A DNA stretch of 64,000 bases, taken from Pelomyxa schiedti. Its lineage: Eukaryota; Protista; Evosea. The position numbers and the translations under genes are program-made. This document shows positions 1 to 13,458 of this stretch, in pieces. The stretch is from NCBI GenBank assembly GCA_020536535.1, contig JAHLWZ010000359.1, positions 1 through 64,000 on the forward strand, read 5' to 3'. Within the stretch, counting starts at the first letter, position 1, and every line of letters starts with the position of its first letter. Below the pieces are notes generated by a model. That model saw only the letters and a program-made list of their open reading frames with translations, ran no database searches and was not told the origin of the DNA.

Positions 1-213
1 GTTGTGTGTGTTCCCTTCGGCGTTGTGTTTCCGATTGTGATGACTTGCCACCAGAATGAAGAACGGAAAAAAATGGTTTTTTTTTTTGACCACGTTGACA
101 GGGTTCTACAAAGTGTATCCCGTAGCTTGTTGCATTTTGTGTCACTGATAAGGTTCTGACTAGCTCAGTATCCGTATGCATCCTAGTCGAGTCGAAAAAC
201 CGGGTGTCGGGGG

Positions 214-220
214 AAAAAAA
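214..220 (-). terminator. Pol III terminator (T7 run) of tRNA-Ala
   Basis: A7 on the + strand is TTTTTTT on the - strand, 2 nt after the tRNA 3' end. Confidence 0.8.
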
Positions 221-222
221 GT

Positions 223-295
223 TGGAGGTGGAGGGTTTCGATCCCCCTGCCTCTCGTATGCAAAACGAGCGCTCTACCAATTGAGCTACACCCCC
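223..295 (-). tRNA. trnA-UGC: tRNA-Ala (anticodon UGC), intronless, 73 nt
   Basis: Reverse complement GGGGGTGTAGCTCAATTGGTAGAGCGCTCGTTTTGCATACGAGAGGCAGGGGGATCGAAACCCTCCACCTCCA folds as a cloverleaf. Anticodon stem CTCGT/ACGAG with loop TT-TGC-AT, G3:U70 alanine identity pair, discriminator A. Confidence 0.97.
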
Positions 296-503
296 TTCAC
301 AAGTGAACAATCCCGACAAGGGCATTTGAACCATCAAAAACCCATTTACAACGGTGTAATTCTACGATACGGTCAAAACAGAGAACTCTGCTAAACTTGG
401 TGGGACTTTGGTATTTGAAAAGGAAAAGGGAAAGTGTTACAGACATCAAAGTGCGAACAGAAACACTTTTTTTCCCCTCACCACACAACCCTTGCTTTGT
501 ATC

Positions 504-3500
504 ATGGCCTGGCAGTCTTGTGACTTCCCGAATCTCGCCGAATCCAAGAGGCTCGCGAAACATGGCAAGAAGGAACCCCATCAAGCACGACCACCACACC
601 CCGACCGCTCGTCATGGTGGTCCGACGACGACGACGACGACTACATAGTGGTGGACCCCTCTGTCTTCGACATGTACGGCGGCGGGCCCCCCAGCACCAC
701 CACCAAGAGCCACCGTCGCTCCACCACCACCTCCACCACCACCACTAGTGCAGGAAAGCAGAAGCATAAGCAGAAGCAGAAGCAGCACCGCGGCGGCGCG
801 GGGCCCCCGCCGCCCGTGCTGGGCGACTACCTGTGCGCCCCCGCCGCGCCCCCGGCTCGCTCCCCGCCCTCCCGCGCGGTCGACGACTACCTCCTTTCGT
901 TCCGCCCCCCGGCTGCCTTTGCGCCGTCTCGCTCCGGTGCCTCCACCGAGCCCCAGGACTCGCCGTACCCGCGCGCCTCGGCCTCGCCGCCTCCCCCGCC
1001 GTCGGCTTCCTCCGAGACTAGGCCCGCCGTGCAAGCCAATCAGGGGCACAAACCAAACTGCTGCGGGGGAGGAGGAGGCGGCGGGAAGGCCGCCGTGAAT
1101 AAGAACAAGCAGAAGCTGATGCTCGCAATTGAGGAATCCAAGCACCGGGGCCAGCGCTCCTGTGATTTCGCGCCGGTCGTCGCCCCCAGCAAGAAGAAGG
1201 CACAGCCACAACAGAGTGGGAAGACCAAGGACGAGAAGACCAAGTTGAAGACGAAAAAGGGGGGACCACCTCTTTCTTCTTCTTCTTCTTCTTCTTTTTC
1301 TTCTCCCCCTCCTTCTTCTATTCCTCCTCTTGTGGAGCCCATTGTGGGAGGTAGGAGTGCTTCTGTGGTTCCATCATCTGATCGCCGCTTGCATGTCCCA
1401 TGTAAGTCCTCCACGACTTGTTCTAGTTCTGAGGCTGTTTCTGCTGGGTCTTTGGCTGGCAGAGCTGATACCCATACAACAGGCACTCACATTGAAGGAC
1501 CTTCTGTGCAATCTGATCGAACCTTACATAGTACTGCTGCGAAGGCTCCGACAATCCCGGCTGAAACGGAGGTGGAAAGGCTACCCTCATATGCCAACAG
1601 CATTGCCGAGGAGCTACCTCCCTTGCATAGTGAAGTCATTCCCCAAAGTGCACCATCTCTCCAGAAGTATTCTGCAGTTGTCTCAAGGTCACCAGTACCT
1701 TCACTCCAGTACTCTTCTCTCAAGATCTACAAATATAATAACTGTGTAAGTAGGGCTCATGTGGCCCCTACTGGAACCTGGCCCTCTACTTCTGCCACAC
1801 ATTATGCCAATGTCTCCTTTACGTATTTTACACAACTATCCATGTCATGCAATTTTTCTGATGGTAAACCTCTGGATTCCTTGATCTTAAATCTAAGGTA
1901 TTTTGTATCCCCACATTCATCTACTGACCTAGTGCGAACCAAAGGCGCGACCCCTCTTACATCAACAAAATTCCCCCCATTCATATCACTGAATTCAAGG
2001 GCCAGTGGTACAGCTTAGACAACCGCCGACTGTGTGTTTCACATAGTGATTAATCATCTCAACCTCTACAAATAAAGGTATTGCTACAAGACAGCAAATA
2101 TTCCCTACGTTCCAGCAATTGTAGTGCCAGTTACTGATAAATTTTTCAACAGAATTATTCAACCTACCCATTTGGTATTTATTTCCCAGAAATGCCCTCT
2201 TTAACAAGTTGAAGGATTCTATTGCAATCCGAGACCATCACTCAAAGCCTACCTATTATTTGCCCCCTAGCTGTTCCTCATTGCATTGGATTTTGTCCCT
2301 GAATCTAGATGACACGTTGCTATCTAAATTCAGTTACAGTCTAATTCAAAACAGAAAACAGTTCCTGCACAAAATCGAACACCTTGACCTTGACTTTTCT
2401 TGTATTGAAATCTATTCATCCCAATGGTTTTGGATTTTCGCTGAGGAATGTAGAACAGTACTTGTGTGTACATTACCTTAGCTGCTTATCTAATATTGTT
2501 CTCTCCAGAGTGATGCTGCAGCACATCTCCAAGAATGGTGTAACATTCAAGTTACAGAATTGCATGTGCCAAAGGCATCAAACCCATTCTATCGCATTGT
2601 ATTTCAAGGGGATTATGATTTGCATCCATCAGATTTTGTTATCGTAAGAAACCCGATTCACCTCGACCTTCAATTACATGGAAATGTTGTACACGTTCCA
2701 CCCAATGGAAAGGACATCCTCGATCAGAGGGAGCATTCCGATGAGTATGAAATCGCTTTCATTGCGGCTGATGTACACCCTTTCCTTGGTGTGACTCTTG
2801 TCCTTTCTTTTAGTTTTTTTTTTTTTTTTGGACAGGTTAACCAATGCTCCCAGATTGCAAGAAATTTCCTCAGACATGGTGCATAGCACGGGTAACAAGT
2901 ATTTCACCTTTCAGGAGGGTTTTTGAAGCTCTGTCCAATTTACATTCCCATGGATTCGCTGCCCTGGAGAGCACAATTCTTGCCCACATTCTCCATCCAT
3001 CAACTTACAATGATGTTCCCTGCAGCAACCTTTTAAATGAGAATATCTGTAGCACTGCATTATACGAGTATTTAAATACTAAATTCAACTCCTCACAATT
3101 CGAGGCAATCAAGTATGCGTCCTGCCTTGAACCCGTAGCAATTATTCAAGGTAGGATAGAGAAATATGTGTGATGTAACTCTTTTAAGGGCCTCCCGGAA
3201 CTGGGAAGACGACAACGATCATTGGCTTGCTTTCAGTGCTCCTTGCACGCAACGAACGAGTTGTTCTGTGCTCACCCTCCAACATTGCTGTAGATGATGT
3301 TGCCATCAAAATTCTCAGTGGCCACACTCCTATTATTGGGGCTAATGGGAGCCCCACTGATGTTTCTATGGTCATGATTGGTAGTGAGGACAACAAAGAC
3401 CTAGACAGTCCAGTAGGCACAGTGTTTCTTGATTATGTTATCAGGGTTTTATGGAGTTTCTTTCAAAGTCTGTGCCGTGCATGTGAAGACCTTACTTCCT

Positions 3501-6500
3501 TGTCAACAATCAGTGGCCCTATAGATTCTGACCACCCACGCCTCATTGCTGCATCTTCATTGTTGAAACAATGCCACAGTACAGCAATTAAATTCAGGAG
3601 GCACTTTAGCGGGACACTAACCAACTGGCTGGCACAGCTTCAAACATTGGAGTCTGTTTGTGAAAGTCTGAAAAGTACCAAAGACCCTCTCACTATATCT
3701 GAGTTAGTGAGCAAATGTTCCCTCACCCTTCAGTATATTAACGCAAGGGATATCTTAATTGGAGTCAAGGACAACCTCCTTAGCTCACAACTTGTTCTGA
3801 GCACATTGAATAGTGCCGGATCCTGGGACTTCAGAAATGTCTCTTCCTCTCAACCTTTTGACACAGTAATCGTTGATGAGTGTGGCCAAAGTTTGGAACC
3901 TGAAATCATGCTCCCCTTACGTTTTGTGGCCCGCCGATTGGTACTTGTAGGCGATTGGAAGCAGCTGCCCACACTTGTTGAGAGTGAATTAGCTAAGTGT
4001 GTGTCTGTGCTTTTTTGTTTTCCCTACTCATACCATTTAATCTGCAGGGGATCAAACTATGATAGATCCATGATAGAAAGAATGGTGGAAGGGGGCCATC
4101 ATTACCGTAAGCTCACTACTCAATACAGAATGCATCCTCTTATTAGTGCCTTTGCTTCTGAGTGAGAAACTGCCTTTCTCTACTCTCACATTAATTTAAA
4201 AATTCTAGACAATTCTATGAAAAACAAATCGTGGACTCTCCTTGCTGTCTTACTGAGAGAAGTAGACCATGGCACACAGAAGAAATGTTTGGGCCACTGA
4301 AATTTTTCCATGTTGATGGAGTAGAAACTCGCAACCCACTGACCCAATCACTCTCAAATAGCTATGAGTCTCACTTTATCAAGTACCTTTCAAAACTGTT
4401 TTTCAAGCAGCACCCAAAGGAAGAGCTCACAATGGGAGTTATCACCCCTTACTCTGCACAATGTTGCGAATTGCGATTGTTGCTCTCTGAATTGAGTTAC
4501 CAAGTTGAGGTCAATACAGTTGATGGTTTCCAAGGAAGAGAGAGAGACGTTGTCATTGTCAGCACAGTTCGGAGCAATGATTGTGGCTCCCTGGGTTTCC
4601 TGAAGGACTTCAGAAGGCTAAACGTTGCCCTTACTCGTGCAAGGCTTGCTCTATGGGTTGTTGGGAACGCCTGCACACTAAGGCAACACCCTGTTTGGAA
4701 TGCCTTCATTGTCTTTGCAAGAGATCATGACTCATATATCGATGTCAGAAGTTACAATATTCCGATGCAACTTCGCGTTACTTTAGGGTATCTGTCCCCT
4801 GCTGATCTGAAGCATTTCAATGGCCCTTGGGTGTAAGTCATCTTTTTTTCCCCTCCTATTCTTCTCACTTGTATCCATAGAATGCACGCTCGCGATCAGT
4901 TCTATCGTGACTTAAGGCAATTAAATGAGGTTCAAAGAACGACAGTTGGCTTACATCTACAACAACTCTGCCAAGGGAGGTGGCCAAAACATCCTGTGAG
5001 CCTTCCCCCTAGCATCAGGCCGCTGCAACTTAACTCCATTATCCACCTCACACATACATGTGGCAAGATACTTGTCTGGTGTATTGATGTTGAGGTCAGT
5101 GAGACAGAAGGTGCCTGGCAAATAATTTCTGTTTTTGGAATTGTTGCCAAAGATTGTGTGGAAAAGGCTGTTATTAGCCTTCAGGCAATGATATTAGATG
5201 ATGGAAGAAGATCAGGCATGCGTTTGAAATTAAGAAAAACTCCCCCTTATGAGGTGCCTTCCATTGGATCTCGAAAGATGAACATGCTTCCTCAGCGATG
5301 GGATACTAACCAACTTGCTTTGGAACAAGCTGAGTACCAAAAGCATCCTTTAAAACTGGACAGACAACCAACAGACCCAGACATCACCTCGAAGGAAGTC
5401 TCTGTGTATAAGTACTTCAAAGTGGATACAGAGTTTATCACTTCAATTCTGGAGGGTGCCTTGCAAGACCTGCCAATGTCACTCAGCGTTAAAGAACGGG
5501 AACTCGTTTCACGTGATGGGCCAATTGTGGTGTGTGGTCGATCAGGCACTGGAAAGACAACGGTGTTGCTGTACAGAATGCTTATGTATGAACTACAATC
5601 ACCTGAGCTTCATCCACGTCAGATTTTTGTGACGGTTTCACCTTCTCTCTGTGCACATGCTCAAAATGAGCTGCAAACCCTATTAATGAAGCATAACGGC
5701 ACAACAGCAGACATGGGCTCACAGAGTGCAATCCAAGACCTCTCATTTGAAGAACTTGAAAAGGGAATTTCTCTCTTGGCACTTCCAGAATCCATCAAAG
5801 AATTACAGCCTTCCAATTTCCCGCTTTTTGTCACTTACAGAAAACTTCTTACAATGATTGATGCGGCTTTGCCCAGGCCCTTCAGATCGGTAATTGACAA
5901 GAACACACCTTTGTGGTGTGACGAAGTTGGCGCCCCACTAGCAGATCTTTTACATCAGAACAGTAAACACCTTAGCACACCAGAGACCAACTATATTGCT
6001 GATCAGTCAATTGTGGAACTGCTTAAAAATGAAGCTGGCAATGCATCTATAACATCACCATTCGCGGCGAAAGTGATGATGGCAACCACAACCACTAGTA
6101 CAAGAAAATTTGAAATTCAAGAGGTGGACTTCACTCGATTTTCACAGGAGTACTGGGTTCATTTCGACCAGAATCTCACGGCAGGCCTTGATTCAGTAAG
6201 TGTTTTGTCTTCAACTCTATTTCTTAAATCCACAAGGCCACGGTGTGGATTGAAATTCAAAGTGCGATCAAGGGAAATGTTCTATCTATCTTACCCACTA
6301 AAAAGAGCCTCACACTAGAACAATACTGTGAAATGTGTTCTCGGAGAGTAGCAACCATTAAAGATCCAACAAAAGTCTACAAATTATTTTTAAAATATGA
6401 AAAGGAGAAGGGACTGCAAAAAGGTTGGGATATGGCTGACTTCACTTTACATGTCTATCAGTCCCTGCAAATAAATCCCCTTGCTCTCCCACACATTGAT

Positions 6501-9500
6501 TTTGTGTACATCGATGAAGTACAAGACTGCAACATGGCTCAGCTTGCTCTGCTTAAATTCATTTGCCCACAGCCAAGTGGCTATTCATTGGTTGGAGACA
6601 CAGCCCAGACTATACATCAAGGAGTCAATTTTCATTTTGAAGCTGTATGTTTTTGATAATTTCATTCATATATTTATAATAGCTGTCAGCTGAAGGACAT
6701 GTTCTTTGAGATTATGGTTGGTAAAAATGCAAGGAACGTTCCACAAGTACTATTCCTTGCTCGGAATTACCGGACTCATGCTGGAATATGCAGACTGGCC
6801 AATGTTATCACTGAAACAATCATCCGATTCTTCCCAAATTCCATTGATAAGCTCCCCCCAGAAAGTGCTCCAGGTTCTGGAAACCTCAGACCAATTTTTC
6901 TGCGAGGGGGCATCTCTGCAGGAACATTATCCCAGCTATTTCGGTTTGGGAGGAAAGACCCTCAGATATCCTTTGGTGCGGGGCAAGTGATGCTTGTCCG
7001 CAATCAAGAAGCGAAAAAGAATATGCTGGAGCAGGTAGAATCAGGCCTGGTGCTTACAATATTGGAAGCAAAGGGCTTAGAGTTCAATCACGTGTTACTT
7101 GTAAATTTCTGGCATGATTCTATTGCCAAACACAAGTGGCGAACCCTTGTTAGTATCCTGAAAAATGAAGAAAAACCCACAATGGTGGACGACAAACTCC
7201 TCATTCTCTGTTCAGAACTTAAGCACTTATATACTGCGATTACAAGAGCACGGAGATTATTGGTAATGGTGGATGACTTCTATGAAGAGCAACATATGTT
7301 TGCAGACTACCTTGCGCAACAAGAAGTCATTTCCCTACAGGATACACTGACTTCAGACCAAATGGACCAACTAGCATCAGAGTCACACACTTCTCCAGAG
7401 GAATGGAAGAACACTGCTTTCAAAATGATGACAAAGGGAATGTATACTGAAGCTGCCTCCTGTTTTCATTTTGCTGGGGATGTTCGTGGAGAGCACAAAG
7501 CGATATCTATGAAGTTAGTAAAAGAGGGCAAGTCAAGTGGAGATGGAGCAGTACGCAAGGAGAAGTTTCTTTTGGCTGCGCAGAATTGCCTCTTGGCTGG
7601 TGATCAAAAAGGTCAAGCAAAGTGTTTCGAGCTGGCTGAAGAGTATCTGGAAGCAGTAGAAGTTTATAAGGCATTAAATGACACCCCAAGTGCAGTCACA
7701 TGTCTGATATCAGCTCACAGACCAGATTTGGCTTTTGAGCTACAAATAAAAACAAGCAAGGACGAGGCACTGGATATTGCTATTTACTTTTGTGCGCAGT
7801 CCTCTCAGAAACTCCCAAAGAAAGAACATATTGATGCACTAAGGAAGAAAGCACTTGATGCAATCAAAGCCACCCCAGATCTAGTTACCCTCAAGCCAGA
7901 ATACAAGAGATTCGTCCGAAATTCAGCCCTACTATTCAAGACCATAAGATCCATGGAGGACATGCAGTTGACATTGTTGTTACTGTCAGACACTGAAAGA
8001 ATACAATTTTTAATACGTTACAACCACACTGAATTAATAATACAAGAGTATTTGCGTCAAGGGAAGGAAGTTGAGGCAGCAGAACTCCTCTCTAGCCAAA
8101 TGAAGTATGAAGAAGCTGGCAAATTATTTGACCGCGCAGCTCAAAAAGCTAGTGCTAGTCCTACCCAAAGGCAGGCATCGAGTGTCCGGGCAGCCAAATG
8201 CTTCTTCTATGCCTCATACATTGGACGAGGATGCAAGAAAAATGCACTACAGAAAGCTTATGAATTGGCCTCAAAAACCACAAATAGAGGGTTTGCTTGT
8301 GAATTAAAAATGAGACTTTTCCAACTTGAGGAGTTACCACCCACAATGGATTTTGAAAAACAAGTCACTGAAGAATTCCCACGGAATGTATTACTGCAAA
8401 AACTTCTCTCTGACTTGTCTCTCTCTTCTGCACTTAAACAGTGCTGCAAAGGAATTTCATTTGAAAAAAGAATTCAGATACTTACAAAATGGGGTTTTAA
8501 TACTGTGGAATTAATTCAGTGTGCGCATCAGTGGCACAGTCTTGCTCCTGTCTATGGTGAAAACAAGTCTTATCTGAGGGAGACTTTACAAGACTATTAT
8601 ATGGTTCATCAATGCCCCGATGGCACTATGAAACTCACGGATCTTTCTTGGTTGCCAGTTCCTATGTATTGTGAGTCATCTTTTCTCAGAAGCAGTCGTG
8701 AGTTTGCCCAAGCTGCTTGCATCTCTCTGCACACAGGTCTTAATCTATTGAGTGCGTTCTTAAAGCATGTCTTTGATTCTGAAAAGGTTGTAACACTGGC
8801 AAATCTCACTGAAGCGCTCTCTGCTCTTTGTGCGGTACATGACATTTATCTAGCAATTGTCAATGCGACTAACAATGATCTGTTTTGTACTCAACTGATC
8901 TCTGGTTTGAGTCAAGGTATGTCATCCTGGTACCAGAAATTGATCTCAGATGTTATCGAGCTCTTATTAGCATCCCCAACAAGGACTATATTGTCTCCCT
9001 TACATCACCATCATCTCGTTGAGTATGCCATGATGAAACTATGGAGTACTCAATACCCGTACCAACAAATTAAAGGATTCCGCCTTGCCCTTGAACTGCA
9101 GGCTGGAGATATACTTAGCAAGTGGAATCTCTCTGCTCCCGGGCCAGAGGGGCAAGCATTGAGCTACTTTGCTCTTGCCAATTCTACCAATGGTGATAGT
9201 TTTTGGTACAGTGGTGTGAACCAGATGATCACATATCTTGGACGCAAACTTTCTTGTCCTGACTTGGATTGTCGGGATTGGTTAGCACTCACAGAGATGG
9301 TTCTAGGTTGTACTGTAGGTGCCACAAACTGGTTTCTTGTACCTCCTAAGTGGTATGCGAAAGTGATGAAAGCTAAAGGACCCACTCCCTTATTCCGTAT
9401 CCCCCTGCAGTCTCGGTCTCAACTTATTTTTGGCATAATTTCCCTCTGTGGAGTTATTATTAATAATAGTGCTGCATATGAAAGATGGATAAGCGCCAGG

Positions 9501-10581
9501 CATTCGAAGCAATTCTGGTTCGATATAATATTCGCTTTGCTTATTGCTATTATTAATCTGCCTCTCCGGGAGAATTTCATACGCCAGCAGTGTCAACAAC
9601 TACTTCAACATCCCGGTGTGATGCAAAGATGCTGGCAGTTTCCCGCCCTTCACCAGTGCATTCAGCAGAGTTTCCGTTTTTCATTCTCTGCGCACGCCCT
9701 ATTCCGTTTCTTCCTTCAATCCACGTGGGATCTCTCTGACCCACTGGTTCAAATTGTTCGCCCGGAACCTCCTATACTACGGGTTACGCATTTTCAAAAT
9801 ATAAGAAGAGTTGAGTGGCGTCAAGAAGAACCTGTGGAATCAATATTACCAACTGTGAAAACTCCAGCACAGTCGAGTGCGAATACAACCCCCTCCAATA
9901 AGCCGCAACTCGCAACTGAAATAGCGACTGACCCTATTGTAACTCCTGGTAAGGACGAGGAACCACCTGCTGTAGAAATGTATGAAGACGATGAAGAGGA
10001 GCAGCCTTTACCAACTGAAACAAATATCCCAGAAGTGGCAATCAAACCGTGGATCAAGAAGAAAATCTTGTCGTGGTACCTGCATACAAAGAAGAGACTG
10101 GAAGAGGTTGAGAAATGGACTGAAGAAGAGAAACTGGAACACCAGCTTAATGAAATGCTGTGCTCGCGGCTGTCAGAATCCTCCGGCAGCGGGATCACAG
10201 CAGACCAAGTGGTTGCTGTTGGACTCTATACCAAGGAGTTAGTAAGAGCGCAGAAGCTGAAAGATTCCCTTTTCAGCAAGGCCAATGAGCTGAATGATAT
10301 CGTTCGGAAATTGGAGGTACGGCCAGTTGTAAAAGAAATTGTATCCTAACTCAATAATACCGAAAAAGAATGACGAAGAAAATCTGCCCTCAATTAAGCA
10401 ACTCGAAATTCTGGATGAACACCTGGAACTCCTTGATGGTGCCAAGGCTATTGCTTCCGAGCTATCAACCACCAATGAAAAGCACTATGATATCCCAATG
10501 GAATGGCTTTCAAGGATTACCTCCCAAGCACAAACAACCCTCGAGAAGGTGAAAAAGGCTATCACCCATCATCGTGTATAA
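504..10581 (+). CDS. Giant TRANK1/LBA1-like protein: low-complexity N-terminus + UPF1-like SF1 helicase (AAA_11/AAA_12) + UvrD-like SF1 helicase + TPR-like helical repeats (spliced)
   Basis: Helicase 1 motifs: QGPPGTGKT, VDECGQ, LVGDWKQLP, QYRMHP, VITPYSAQ, TVDGFQGRERD, RRLNVALTRAR. Helicase 2 motifs: GRSGTGKTT, IDEVQD, GDTAQTI, NYRTH, TILEAKGLEF, ELKHLYTAITRAR, followed by A-x-x-F/Y helical repeats. ORF pieces join through short GT-AG introns. The exon structure at ~1750-2900 is uncertain. Confidence 0.85.
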
Positions 10582-10756
10582 AAAGTAATAAAAGTTTCAT
10601 GTTCGGCCAAGGAGTTTGTCCCATCATACGAAAGGTATGATGTAGAACAAAAAAAGCCGCCCGATTCCCGTGGTGCGCTACCTTTCCGGCAGTTCTAATT
10701 GGTTCGTTACACGAACAGTTTTCGGGTGTAATTTCCCAATTCGCTTTGAAAAACAA

Positions 10757-12968
10757 ATGGGTGACGACGGGGGACCAACAGGGCTCAGTGATCAAACGCC
10801 AACAAAAAGGAGGGAAACATTGGAAGATACGCCCTTGGGAAGAATTGTGAGTGCCACAATTCACTTCTTGCCACTCTGTGATTGGCGGTTCTTTTATTTG
10901 TCTCCCAAACCATAGGGATATACCCAACTCAACACAACATATTTGTTATACAGACACTTGGTGAAGGGATATCTGTTGGGTTGATGCCTGGCGTTGATGT
11001 TATCAAAGGACTTACACAAATTGGGGAGGTAGTTGCAATAAAGAGGTTCCCTCTTCGTGCCTTCGAATCTGTCTTGGATCGAACAAAGGTCTTAGTTCCC
11101 GTATCTCCTTTCCTCTTCCTTATCTGACACAGAATGAAGTGCACGCACTTGGCAATCTCTCGAATCCCCATATTGTTCATATGCTCGGCATGCATCAAGA
11201 TACAAAATTTCTTTATGTCATTCAAGAGTGTGTTCACGATATTATGAAACTACACTGACTTCCTCACCAACTCCCCTTGTCAGTTATGCTGAAAATGGGT
11301 CTCTCCTAGATTTGGTGTGTGAATTTGGATCCTTGCCTGAATCATTGTCTACAGGCTTCATATATCAAGTAGCTATTCCCACTATTCTCATTCCCAATAC
11401 AAACAATAAAAAAAAATCATAAACAAATATTAAAACCTTGTAGGCGTTGGTTGGACTGCAGTACTTGCACTCACAAAATGTTGTTCATAGGTTTCTTTCC
11501 ATTTTGCAGAGAAATTTTAACGGTTAATTAGGAATCTTAAAGTACTTCTTTTTTTTCCCTGGTGTTTCTAATGTGTACTGTACACATGGTAGGCAGCCAA
11601 TGTTCTTGTCACGAAGGTATATTTACCTTCCAATAATTCGAAACGTGATTTCAGTCTCATGTAGTCAGACAGGAACAGTGAAGTTATGTGATTTCTCTGT
11701 TTCATCATTATGGCACCAAGCTATTGGACTGGTGGAACTTCCTCATTGGAGTATGCATGGATTTTTTTCCTTTTTTTTTTTTTTTTGCTTTTTACAAGCT
11801 CCTAGAGGCACCGGAAGTTCTAATTGGTGCTGAGTGCACACCTGCCTGTGATATATGGTAGTAAAAACACCATTTTCCTCCAACTTATTCTTGCAGGAGT
11901 CTTGGTTGTACATTAATAGAGCTATTAACTGGCGCCCCCCCTTTTCCTGAGTAAGGCAGTTACCTGCACCTTCTCTTTGTAATATTGGCATAAAACAGTT
12001 TGGATGGAGAGGCTGCTGTACATAGTATTCTTCATCGTGAGATTCCATTACCGGATTGTTCTGAAGTGTGATCTTTGTTTTCATTATGATAGCATAAAGT
12101 CTGATTGTGTCAGGAAATTCGGCAAGTCCTCAGAAGTTGCCTTAGTAAAGCACCAGCGGAACGTGCAACATCCAGCGCACTGCTGAGAAATCCTCTTTTC
12201 CGAAACTACTCGAATCAACCTTCTGTATGAACACGAATATCTTTCCAGCCTAAATGACATTTTCAGGCTGACTATCATAGTGTGCGGCGGTCCATAGGAG
12301 AATTCAATCGCGGCAGAGGCTCACAAATCCTCAGCAGTCCTCTTTCACCCAACCGGAGAGTACCTGCACAAGATCTTGCCCGTGCCAAGCAAAACGTTGT
12401 CACAGTCGAGACAGAATTACATAAGAAAGAGCTGGAGTACAACACACTATTAGAAAAGCAGAAGGCTCTGCAGGTTTTTATTCTCTCAGCACCTCTTTTC
12501 TCTCATTGTTCAAGACAAGATTAGATGAAATTTCCAACCACTACTCATGGACTAAACTGGGTGCTTCTACTGTTTTCCGCAAACTGAAAAGCATGGACTA
12601 CATCAAGTAATTCCAGCAGCAAAGGAAAACCTCCAATACTCATTTGGCATCAAGAAATCCCACAAGAGAACAGAAAAAAATGATCGCTGACTGGGAGGAC
12701 TTGCTGGTCCAATACTTTTATAAAGCATTTCCAGAGCACGCGCCTCCTGAATTCCCCCGTGTATCTACTCTACTTTACACAAAACCAAAAAGGGATATAA
12801 CTCTTCACACAGACCACCCCCCTGACACTTGATGACAGTTCCCCATCCACATCCACATCCACATCCTCCACCAAAAATGTGCATAATGTAAACAGTCGCA
12901 CCACCCCCTCAACCCACAATCTCCAACTCCGTAGCACTTCTTACCCCACTCTCCAGAGCCTGTTTTAG
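10757..12968 (+). CDS. STE/Cdc15-like protein kinase-fold protein, probable pseudokinase, with C-terminal coiled coil (many introns)
   Basis: Spliced motifs VAIK, [64 protein letters not shown]. Gene ends are less certain. Confidence 0.8.
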
Positions 12969-13458
12969 AGTTTGCCTTTTATAATGGCTCGAATTGTACC
13001 AAAGTGTGGCTCTGTGAAAAGAAATTGCATTTAAAACGAGAAACAGGGTGTGGTCTTGTGAGTGGTGCATGCTGCTTCCACTGCCGCTGAGGTAACATAC
13101 ATGAAAAGGCGCTCCCTACTGCCGCTTTGTGAGGGTAAGATTGGTTTACATCTAAGACATCTCCAGAAGTTACAACTGCACTACCCCAAAATCAATCTGA
13201 CCGATCGTTTCTGAGTGGAAGAACAGATTTTTTTTGCAAAGCAAAGCAGACCAAGTTGGCGTCCTCCTGAGGCACACGGGTCGCTCTCGGGGAGTTGGAA
13301 CATAAAACCAATGAGAATTGATTAGTACGGTGTCACCACGGGGGAACTGTAGGACAGTGGCAGCAGTTGCCTGCGCACATGCCAACTTATGCCAATATAA
13401 ACAGTTGGCATATGCAACGGAGCAAACAAGATTTGCATCTAAGAAACAAAACAGTCAC

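Noticed and set aside
30-195. GTGATGA/CTGA boxes and a GACTAG/CTAGTC hairpin downstream of the tRNA
   Set aside because: No terminal stem pairing the boxes, an internal poly-T run, and truncated context at the window edge.
13075-13221. CTTCCAC...CTGA-GTGGAAG terminal stem with a box D, suggesting a C/D snoRNA or U3; nearby inverted repeat ATGCCAACT/AGTTGGCAT (13379-13411)
   Set aside because: No box C/C' after the 5' stem, no U3 box A and no CCCATAA element at the expected spacing.
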